The translations under genes and the position numbers were made by a program. This document shows positions 57,039-64,000 of a stretch of DNA of 64,000 bases, one piece after another (the stretch's first letter is position 1; every line of letters begins with the position of its first letter). Source of the stretch: a virus (Duplodnaviria > Caudoviricetes). The stretch lies in IMG/VR virus record IMGVR_UViG_3300028283_000231; one strand, 5' to 3'. The notes under the pieces are model-generated. The model worked only from the letters and a program-made list of their open reading frames with translations, made no database searches and was not told the DNA's origin.

Positions 57039-57926
57039 ATGAAATGTTTAATTTGTGGAAAAGAACATAACAATAAGAAGTACTGTTCAGAACAATGTCA
57101 ATATGAAGCTTATAGAGTTAAGAAAGTGGAAAGAGTTAATATAAAGTGTTTAAATTGTGGCGAAGAATTTGAAATATTGAAAACTAAACAAAAAAAATAT
57201 TGTAGTAGAAAATGTGTAGATGAACATAAAAAGATAACATATTTAGGTGAAAATAACCCTATGTTCAATTATGATGTATCAGATGACACTAGAAAAAAAC
57301 ATTCTGAAGCGTCAAAAATGATGTGGAGAAATCAAGATGTGTCAGATAGAATAAAAAAAAGAATGAAAGAACATAATGAAAATAGTGAATATCCAAATGG
57401 ATGGTCTAATGAATCAAGGGAAAGAAGAATTAAAACTACTATCGAAAAATTTGGAGTAGTTCACAACTTCATGAACGAAGGAGTTAGAGATCAAGCGAAT
57501 AAAACATGTATGGAAAGATATGGGAAAATGTCATACGAACTGATGTTGGATGGATTACATAAAACTAATATAACATCAATAGAAAAAATATTTGAAAATT
57601 TCTTAATAATTAATGATATAAAATATGAAAAACAATTTAGAATATATTTTAAAAATGAAAAAAGTGAATTGAAATTCAGATCATATGATTTTTATTTAAT
57701 AGACAAAAAAACAATTGTTGAAATAGATGGTGATTATTGGCACGGTAATCCAATGTTTTTTAAGAAATTAAACGAAACTCAACTGAAAAATAAAGCCAAT
57801 GATATATTTAAAGATGAATTAGTTATAATTAAAAATTTAAATATCATAAGGTTTTGGGAAGTTGATATACATAATAACAACTACGAGCAAAAGATATTAA
57901 GTTTATATGGCAAAAATAAAGATTAA
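57039..57926 (+). mobile_element. Free-standing putative homing endonuclease (zinc-finger repeats + DUF559-like nuclease) inserted in the mre11-rad50 gene
   Basis: CLICG..KKYCS.QC and CLNCG..KKYCSRKC; YDFYL...IVEIDGDYWHGNP...IIRFWE. Confidence 0.75.
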
Positions 57927-60900
57927 GAAAAAAATCCCCAGCGCTGGATTCGCATCGTCGCTTATTCAACAGAACTTTGGTGAAGATCCATTCGGACATG
58001 GTTATCTTCTATGGAATATAGAAGAAGGAACGGTTCAAGATATTAACATTGATAACGAACATAGATTCATTAAATTTGAGATCAGTCCGAATACAGATTA
58101 CGATAAATTACATTTAATTTCTAAATACGTTGGTAAATACAACAAATTTAGAGTTGAATGGAACGAACACGCGGCTTTCATTACAAACGAAAATGAAACG
58201 AAAATAAAAAAATATCTTAAAGAAAAATACGGCGCAGAAGATATTGAAATTAAACCAAATAGAATTTATACAGATATTAAAGACGGTAAAATGCTGTCTG
58301 AAATTATTGATATAAATGATAAAGACGTACAACAAGGTATTATAAAACAATTCCTTAAAGAAAATAAATTTAAAGATGATTTTGTCAATCAGGTAATAGA
58401 AATAGATAACGTTATAAATGATAGATTACAATTAAGTGATACTAGAAATATTATTTGGAACATTGATAAGTTTTGGTTTAGTAATTTCAAATCCTACGGT
58501 GACGATAATATAATTGAATGGGATAACATAAATGGTGTTATTCAAATTGGCGGTGAGAACCAACAAGGTAAAACTACCATCATTGATGCGATATGTTTTA
58601 TACTTTACGGTACAACTATATCTACACAGAAAACAGAAAAGAACGGTAATAATAGATATATCAACAAAAATAGAAATAAGAATGCTTGTGACGGTGGTGC
58701 CGTCATAGATGTTAACGGTGAAAAGTACATAATGTACAGAAAAGTAGAAAGAGAATTTAAGAAGGGAAGAGAGATTAAATCTGTACCTATGACTCTTGAT
58801 TACTATAAGGGAACTGAAATGTCTGACGAAAATAAATTAACAGGTGAAAGAAAAGCGTCTACACAAAAATTACTGGACGAGGTACTTGGTAATTTTGATG
58901 ATTTTGTAAGATTGGCATTAACAAATGCTGATAACTTAAACTCTCTTCTTTCAATGGATAGAAGTGTTTTCATTGATTCTATCATAAAGGACGCTGGTTA
59001 CGATATATTTGAAAAGAAATTATCTGAATTTAAAGAATATAAAAAGGAATTAAATCTTGAGAAAATAAATGTTAACCAGATTGAATTACAAAACGAAATC
59101 AAAAAAATATCAGATGATTTAAAAGATAAAGAAGATTTTTTATCTGATACTAATATTGATATAGAAGATATAGATAAACAAATAGTAGATAATGTTAATG
59201 AAAAGGAAGACTGTTTAAGAAGATTACACAAGATGGACGAAACAGTAATGAATATTAATGTGAACGACGTTAAAACACAAATAAGAGTATCTAAAACAGA
59301 AAAGGAAGAGATAAGAAAAGAAATTGACGAATTGGAAAAGGACATAACTCTTTTACCAGAAGAATTCGATTATGATAACTTTGAAAAATTAACAGGCCAA
59401 CACGAAAAATATGTTACAGAGAAGAATAAAAGAGATATCGAACTATTACAGTTGAAGAATGTTTTTAAACAGAACGAAGAGAAAATTCTCAACGTTGATA
59501 AGGATATTAACATTGAAAAAACAAAGTATGTTGATTATTTAAGGAATAATATTGCTGGTTTGAGAATTGAATTAAGGGAAACTATTAACGAGATAAATAA
59601 TAATTCCAACGTTAAAAGAAATGAGTTAGAAAATCAAAAGAATAAATATAGAAATGAATTAAATCTTCTTAAGCAAAATGGTATTGACGAAAAACAAAAA
59701 ATCGTTGATTATACAAACATGCTTAATGGTGATAATCAAATCTGTGTTACCTGTAATCAACCTATTGTTACAAAGGACGAAGAACATATGAACGGACTTA
59801 TAACAGATAGTAAAAAGAAAATAGAAGATATTACTAAAACTGGTAAACAGAAACTTGATTTCTTAAATGAATGCAATACAAAATTAGAAGCCTTATCTAC
59901 TCTTTCAGATAAATTAATTGATGAAAAAACTATCGAATTTACAGATAAAATAAAGGAGATTCAAAACAAAGTAGATAACTTCAACATCGCCTATATACAA
60001 GATCGAATTGAAGAAGTGATGAAAAATAAAGAGAAAGCAGAACTCGAAAACGTTTCTTACGATACAAAAATAGAAGAGAGAAAGAAATACGTTTCTAAAC
60101 TAGACACAGAAATTAAAAGACTATCTCTCACTATAACCAGTCTTAAAGTAGACAAGGCTCTCTTCGAAAAATGTAGAACTTTAACTCATAAGAGAGATCT
60201 ATTAACTTCACAATATAAAGACGCTCAAAGATCTTTCGATGATAACACTAAATTATTAAATGAATATCTTAAAAACGAAGCTCTTATAACTGAGAACGAA
60301 CGCATCAACACCTCACTAAAATCTATTAAAGAACAGATTGATACGCTCACTTCTAAGAGGAGCGAACTTTTAGATGATAAACTATCTTATTCTAATGAGA
60401 TCACTCTGTCTAAGAAGGTTATAGTAGATTTAAAGGATAAATTAGAGCGTTATATTGAGCAGGAAAAGAGAGAAGAACTTCATAACGTTTATTTAAAATT
60501 AATGCACAGAACAGGTCTTCCTACTTATCTTTTAACAAAGAATATTGATATATTGAACGAAGAGTTGAACTCCTTGTTAACAAACATTAATTTCACTTTA
60601 TTCTTTGACGAGGATCTGAATTTGAAGTTACAACACGATGGGTTAGATGATATTATAAATGTTATTGAAACATCTGGTATGGAAAGAACATTTAGTGCTA
60701 TTATTTTGAAGATGGTTTTAAGAATTATAAACTTTAAGAGTAAACCTAACTTTATGTTTTTAGACGAGGTTATCAATAGACTTGTGAATAAGTCAGTAGA
60801 TAAGTTTATGGAATTGCTTGAGGTATTGAAAAATAAAATTGATAAATTAATAGTCATCGAACACGATAATGAAATAGCTAGTGATATGATTATCAATGTA

Positions 60901-60942
60901 GTTAAGAGTGAAAATGGTATAAGTAGTTTTGAAATAATATAG
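57907..60942 (+). CDS. sbcC: Mre11/SbcD C-terminal fragment fused to Rad50/SbcC ATPase
   Basis: SSLIQQNFGE..HGYLLW; Walker A GENQQGKTT; long coiled coil with CVTC hook; TSGME signature; Walker B FMFLDE; IEHD. Confidence 0.85.
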   Translation: MAKIKIKKKIPSAGFASSLIQQNFGEDPFGHGYLLWNIEEGTVQDINIDNEHRFIKFEISPNTDYDKLHLISKYVGKYNKFRVEWNEHAAFITNENETKIKKYLKEKYGAEDIEIKPNRIYTDIKDGKMLSEIIDINDKDVQQGIIKQFLKENKFKDDFVNQVIEIDNVINDRLQLSDTRNIIWNIDKFWFSNFKSYGDDNIIEWDNINGVIQIGGENQQGKTTIIDAICFILYGTTISTQKTEKNGNNRYINKNRNKNACDGGAVIDVNGEKYIMYRKVEREFKKGREIKSVPMTLDYYKGTEMSDENKLTGERKASTQKLLDEVLGNFDDFVRLALTNADNLNSLLSMDRSVFIDSIIKDAGYDIFEKKLSEFKEYKKELNLEKINVNQIELQNEIKKISDDLKDKEDFLSDTNIDIEDIDKQIVDNVNEKEDCLRRLHKMDETVMNINVNDVKTQIRVSKTEKEEIRKEIDELEKDITLLPEEFDYDNFEKLTGQHEKYVTEKNKRDIELLQLKNVFKQNEEKILNVDKDINIEKTKYVDYLRNNIAGLRIELRETINEINNNSNVKRNELENQKNKYRNELNLLKQNGIDEKQKIVDYTNMLNGDNQICVTCNQPIVTKDEEHMNGLITDSKKKIEDITKTGKQKLDFLNECNTKLEALSTLSDKLIDEKTIEFTDKIKEIQNKVDNFNIAYIQDRIEEVMKNKEKAELENVSYDTKIEERKKYVSKLDTEIKRLSLTITSLKVDKALFEKCRTLTHKRDLLTSQYKDAQRSFDDNTKLLNEYLKNEALITENERINTSLKSIKEQIDTLTSKRSELLDDKLSYSNEITLSKKVIVDLKDKLERYIEQEKREELHNVYLKLMHRTGLPTYLLTKNIDILNEELNSLLTNINFTLFFDEDLNLKLQHDGLDDIINVIETSGMERTFSAIILKMVLRIINFKSKPNFMFLDEVINRLVNKSVDKFMELLEVLKNKIDKLIVIEHDNEIASDMIINVVKSENGISSFEII

Positions 60943-60948
60943 AATATT

Positions 60949-61149
60949 ATGTTAAACATAGATAAATTAACTAGGGATGAACTACAAAAAGAATTTTTTG
61001 AATTTGAAGGGGATCACCCAGGAAATTGGGAGAAATGGATCAAATGTTTATTAAGTAAGGAGTATTTCAAGGATAGTAGTTTTTATAATTATCTTCTTAA
61101 TAAGGAAAGAACAGAATTAATTGATAAAACATTAAATGATAATAACTGA
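60949..61149 (+). CDS. Small protein with the shared C-terminal motif
   Basis: Ends NKERTELIDKTLNDNN. Confidence 0.6.
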   Translation: MLNIDKLTRDELQKEFFEFEGDHPGNWEKWIKCLLSKEYFKDSSFYNYLLNKERTELIDKTLNDNN

Positions 61150-61447
61150 TACATACGAAGATAAAGCTGGATATAGCGTGACAATTGGAGATATACAACA
61201 ATGTTGTCCTAAATGTGGGAAACACGAAATGTTTCATCTCATTTGTAAAGGTAAGGATGATAGAGGATTTAGAAATGGTATGTCCTTTATAAAATGTCAA
61301 GAATGTAACTGGAGAGGACTTAGTAAGTATTTAGTAGATCCTTATGAATTTAAAGTTAAAAAGAGAACAGAATTAATCGATAGGATGATTTATGAAGGGA
61401 AAATGGAAAAAAATATGGAACGACGACTTACCAGGATTTCACGATAG
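61136..61447 (+). CDS. Zinc-ribbon protein with the shared motif
   Basis: CPKC...CQEC; EFKVKKRTELIDRMIYE. Confidence 0.6.
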   Translation: MIITDTYEDKAGYSVTIGDIQQCCPKCGKHEMFHLICKGKDDRGFRNGMSFIKCQECNWRGLSKYLVDPYEFKVKKRTELIDRMIYEGKMEKNMERRLTRISR

Positions 61448-61661
61448 ATTTCACTGTCCAGAATGTTTTGGTTTTGAATTATTTATAGGAAAAGATCACG
61501 TTCAATATTATCATTATCAACAACCAACAGTAGTAAATAATACTCCATCTAGAATGAAATGTAAATGTGGATGGACAGGATTATCGACAGAGTTATTAGA
61601 CAAAGATGAAATGAAGAACACTAAAAGGGTAAAATTAATTGATGAAATGTGCAAAGAATAG
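61392..61661 (+). CDS. Zinc-ribbon protein with the shared C-terminal motif
   Basis: CPEC...CKCGW; EMKNTKRVKLIDEMCKE. Confidence 0.6.
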   Translation: MKGKWKKIWNDDLPGFHDRFHCPECFGFELFIGKDHVQYYHYQQPTVVNNTPSRMKCKCGWTGLSTELLDKDEMKNTKRVKLIDEMCKE

Positions 61662-61891
61662 AAACTATATACAAAGGGGAAGAATTAATAATTGAAGTAT
61701 CTGATGGTGCAAGATCTATTGGTAGCGGTTCAAATTTTGGAATAAACGGAGTTCAAATAAATTTTCATAAAGGCATCTTTGACGAAGATACAAATTCTTT
61801 TGTTGAAGATATTTTATGCGAAAGAATCAATATCAATAGAAACAAATTAATTGACGATATACTATATGGGAAGAAAGAAACTAAAATTTAA
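61649..61891 (+). CDS. Small protein with the shared C-terminal motif
   Basis: GTG start; ININRNKLIDDILYG. Confidence 0.55.
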   Translation: MQRIETIYKGEELIIEVSDGARSIGSGSNFGINGVQINFHKGIFDEDTNSFVEDILCERININRNKLIDDILYGKKETKI

Positions 61892-62192
61892 AACTAAACA
61901 TAGATGTCCCAAAAGCACTTGGGGTGGTTATATAGAAGGAAGATTGTTCGATTACGATTATACTAAATGGCCTGGTTGGATGCCTGATTATTATAAACTA
62001 TATCTCGATATGGAAGAAATAGAAGAACTAGGCAAAAAAGAAGATATAGACGAATTCTCATTGGAAATGGCTAAATTAATCAGAAACAAAGAAGAGATAG
62101 ATTTCCCAGTAGCCGTAAACTTTACAGAAGACGAATTCAAAAACTTTAGAAGAATGGTCCTAATGGATAATATGCTCAATTGTCAGAAATGA
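61866..62192 (+). CDS. Small protein with the shared C-terminal motif
   Basis: The ATG at 61866 is preferred; EFKNFRRMVLMDNMLNCQK. Confidence 0.55.
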   Translation: MGRKKLKFKTKHRCPKSTWGGYIEGRLFDYDYTKWPGWMPDYYKLYLDMEEIEELGKKEDIDEFSLEMAKLIRNKEEIDFPVAVNFTEDEFKNFRRMVLMDNMLNCQK

Positions 62193-62238
62193 TAAAAATG
62201 ACAATATTTATATTAATATATACAAATAAAAAAGAGTT

Positions 62239-62370
62239 ATGAATTTAATAATAGATAAAAACAGAGTATTTTACCATAGTTCTATTAGTAGAGCTAGATG
62301 TGGTAAATGGGTACATGTAAGTAATAGTGATCCAAAACTAAAGAATCAAAAGGAATCAGGAATCTTATAG
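62239..62370 (+). CDS. Small hypothetical protein (43 aa)
   Basis: Read by eye: MNLIIDKNRVFYHSSISRARCGKW...; preceded by TTAATATATAC and a gagttATG leader like other genes with this motif. Confidence 0.4.
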   Translation: MNLIIDKNRVFYHSSISRARCGKWVHVSNSDPKLKNQKESGIL

Positions 62371-62380
62371 TAGTGGTATT

Positions 62381-62614
62381 CTACCAGATTACGCTGAAAT
62401 GGAAAGAGAAGACATTATGCCAAGTTTGTTGACTGGTGTTATCGTACCAATCTGTTACTGTTATATTTATATGTCTATTAACTATTTCCATAATTACCTT
62501 ATCAAGAGTATCTTTATCTTGTGTCGGGTATTTATATATCGACCCTTTCTCTTTTTTCCCAAAAGTATATCTGGGACTTTTTTCAAGTTTAGTAGAATAT
62601 TTATCTGGTTTCAT
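62381..62614 (-). CDS. Hypothetical protein, last gene of the minus-strand run
   Basis: ATG embedded in the LNE codons of the upstream gene. Confidence 0.5.
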   Translation of the reverse strand: MKPDKYSTKLEKSPRYTFGKKEKGSIYKYPTQDKDTLDKVIMEIVNRHINITVTDWYDNTSQQTWHNVFSFHFSVIW

Positions 62615-62873
62615 TTAAAGATCTATCAATTATTTTTATTCTCTTATAGTTCTTTGCTTCGTATTCATCTAACGTCTTATTCCAATCACCCATCCATCCA
62701 CAAGATTTACATTTTGGAAGAATGGCTCTATTATCTTTTGTGACTTCATATCCTAATATATCGTAACAAACTGGACAATAATCATAATGAATTAGTCTAG
62801 CCTGTTGTTCAGCTCTGTCTAATTGATATTTAAGGGTTTCTATAAATTCTTGTTCCTTTTCTATGCTATTCAT
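62601..62873 (-). CDS. Zinc-ribbon protein with the shared C-terminal motif
   Basis: CPVC...CKSCGW; EAKNYKRIKIIDRSLNETR. Confidence 0.6.
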   Translation of the reverse strand: MNSIEKEQEFIETLKYQLDRAEQQARLIHYDYCPVCYDILGYEVTKDNRAILPKCKSCGWMGDWNKTLDEYEAKNYKRIKIIDRSLNETR

Positions 62874-63102
62874 TTAACATTTCGTCAATTAATTTTGTTC
62901 TTTTTAAATTTTTCCATTCTTCTTGGACATAAAATTTATCATGAAAATCTTCTAATTTCAATAATGTATTAAATGGGGCTTTTATCGGCGCTTCAACATG
63001 CACTAATCCTTTTAGTATTACGAAACTATACCATTTATTTTTTTCATAACAATTGGAGTTCTTATTAAAACTTTCTTTAGCTTTTTCTATTTTATTTTTC
63101 AT
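62866..63102 (-). CDS. Small protein with the shared C-terminal motif
   Basis: EWKNLKRTKLIDEMLNE. Confidence 0.6.
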   Translation of the reverse strand: MKNKIEKAKESFNKNSNCYEKNKWYSFVILKGLVHVEAPIKAPFNTLLKLEDFHDKFYVQEEWKNLKRTKLIDEMLNE

Positions 63103-63373
63103 TTAACATTTCGTCCATTAGTTTTGTTCTTTGCCAATTTTTATATTCTTCTTTTGTAAATTCCACGATATAAGTATCATCGCCCATCATTTCTTTTCCA
63201 CCAAGTTTATATTTATCGTTATCTTCTTTACTCACACAACCAACATATTCTTTAAATTCAGACATACTATGATATATTATCCACCCGCCCTCTTTTCTGG
63301 TATGTATCCATTTTCTTCCATCAATATCAATAATATCATACTTGCCCTTCCACTTATTATCTATCACATTCAT
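63092..63373 (-). CDS. Small protein with the shared C-terminal motif
   Basis: EYKNWQRTKLMDEMLNEK. Confidence 0.6.
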   Translation of the reverse strand: MNVIDNKWKGKYDIIDIDGRKWIHTRKEGGWIIYHSMSEFKEYVGCVSKEDNDKYKLGGKEMMGDDTYIVEFTKEEYKNWQRTKLMDEMLNEK

Positions 63374-63692
63374 TTAACATTTTATCTATTAATTCTATTC
63401 TTTCGTTACACTTAATTTCATTCTTATCAAAATAAAAACGCTTTTTATCATAACCAAAAGCACATTCTACTCCATAAATAGTAATTTCATCGCTCCCATT
63501 GGCTTTATTTATAAGGTAAATGCCATCATAGTATTCACCCTCTTTAAAATTAGAACCTGGTCCTACATATTTCCCACTTACTGTATATCTATCAGGTGTT
63601 GAAAAATCCTTTATACAAAGTACTTTTATTTTTTCATAATAACAAGTCGGATATACTTCAGCGTCGGGATAATCGTCAATTACTCTCTTCAT
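63357..63692 (-). CDS. Small protein with the shared C-terminal motif
   Basis: EIKCNERIELIDKMLNECDR. Confidence 0.6.
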   Translation of the reverse strand: MKRVIDDYPDAEVYPTCYYEKIKVLCIKDFSTPDRYTVSGKYVGPGSNFKEGEYYDGIYLINKANGSDEITIYGVECAFGYDKKRFYFDKNEIKCNERIELIDKMLNECDR

Positions 63693-64000
63693 TATACCAC
63701 ATTACTTCTTTTCTATTATGCTTCTGCCCTTTTAAATCTACCAGATCCTCAAATGGAAGCCAATCAGCCCCAGCATTTTCACAAACTATAACTTGTCCAC
63801 TTCTATCTATACACCAAGCACCAAGTGAAGTATAATCAATCTTATTGTTGGTGTAATACTTACCACCATTACCAGAGTAAGGCGGATCTACAAACCAAGT
63901 GGCTTTCATATTTAACGCGTTTTCATAACTCTCGTTCTTTATGGTCCAATGTTTTACCTTATATAACTCTTCTGATAAAAGTTTGCGATGTTTTTCATCC
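63676..64000 (-). CDS. DNA adenine methyltransferase (Dam/D12-like), C-terminal part, 5'-partial
   Basis: FVDPPY motif. The frame is open to the window edge (DEKHRKLLSEELYKVKHWTIKNESYENALNMKATWFVDPPY). Confidence 0.75.
   Translation of the reverse strand, partial: DEKHRKLLSEELYKVKHWTIKNESYENALNMKATWFVDPPYSGNGGKYYTNNKIDYTSLGAWCIDRSGQVIVCENAGADWLPFEDLVDLKGQKHNRKEVMWYNEESN

Larger units (their letters stand above)
39913..62223. promoter_or_regulatory. Putative late-promoter motif TT(A/T)ATATATA(G/C), nine copies upstream of start codons
   Basis: Plus strand: 42276, 49918, 53521, 57008, 62213. Minus strand: 39913-39923, 48123-48133 (..ATAA variant), 49047-49057, 56217-56227. Each is about 4-25 nt before an ATG. 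Confidence 0.65.
61108..63405. repeat. Nine copies of a gene-terminal motif R-x-[KE]-L-I-D-x-M-L-N-E
   Basis: Present near the 3' end of five plus-strand and four minus-strand small genes. Confidence 0.85.

Noticed and set aside
56970-57926. Group I intron, intein or ribosomal bypass joining the Mre11 halves
   Set aside because: There are only 68 non-coding nt and no room for a ribozyme core. No intein end residues are present, and the insert is out of frame with its own start and stop. A ~940-nt gap is far beyond the 50-nt T4 gene 60 hop.
48153-63405. CRISPR array interpretation of the short repeats
   Set aside because: The repeats are in-frame coding motifs with irregular spacing of hundreds of bases, and there are no cas genes.
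3271-63835. Short antisense or nested ORFs in the track (e.g. 3271, 5986, 6640, 10992, 13683, 28492, 40981, 48120, 51116, 55545, 58998, 60525, 62399, 63131)
   Set aside because: They overlap longer motif-bearing genes on another frame or strand and have shadow-ORF composition.
63955-63984. Fifth AAACTT-N-TATA promoter copy
   Set aside because: It lies inside the open reading frame of the DNA methyltransferase, which continues past the window edge.
1-64000. Alternative genetic code (TGA or TAG reassignment), suggested by the TGA inside the RWYKKGKL repeat
   Set aside because: Genes are long and intact in code 11. TGA ends many genes through ATGA overlaps (e.g. 2074, 2943, 3857, 8605), and TAG ends others (60942, 61661).
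1-64000. Eukaryotic giant virus (NCLDV) origin
   Set aside because: Operonic ATGA/TAATG coupling, NusG, bacterial lipoboxes and an intrinsic terminator point to bacterial gene expression.
1-64000. tRNA, rRNA or other structured RNA genes
   Set aside because: Intergenic gaps are short (about 150 nt or less) and no cloverleaf or GC-rich RNA-like segment was seen by eye. tRNAscan or Infernal would settle it.

Overview
Very AT-rich, gene-dense sequence in standard code 11, best read as part of a jumbo (huge) tailed-phage genome with a probable Bacteroidota host. Host evidence: a Bacteroidota-style NusG, two lipobox proteins, a TAnnTTTG promoter and A-rich leaders without Shine-Dalgarno sites. 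No capsid or terminase gene lies in the window, so phage identity is inferred. Positions 1-42.2 kb hold a very large glycan-building locus: about 15 glycosyltransferase-like domains, about 15 SAM methyltransferase domains, Gmd, an SDR epimerase, an aminotransferase plus N-formyltransferase, two NDP-sugar C-methyltransferases, a split ThDP E1 alpha/beta pair, a radical SAM enzyme and a phage NusG. No flippase, polymerase or initiating transferase is recognisable. Positions 39-56 kb contain a family of proteins starting with a T4 capsid-targeting-like peptide (e.g. MVKRYKQFINE), mostly behind a conserved TT(A/T)ATATATA(G/C) motif. Two of them look like polyproteins of small modules joined by repeated linkers (RWYKKGKL or DPYGEExW, each followed by x-N-E). 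Positions 56-61 kb carry an Mre11-Rad50 (SbcD-SbcC) fusion split in two by a free-standing endonuclease that has a hairpin-masked leader. Positions 61-63.7 kb are an array of nine unrelated small genes sharing one C-terminal motif (R-x-[KE]-L-I-D-x-M-L-N-E); in seven of them the next gene's ATG is embedded in that motif at the same register. All family calls come from motif recognition, not database searches.
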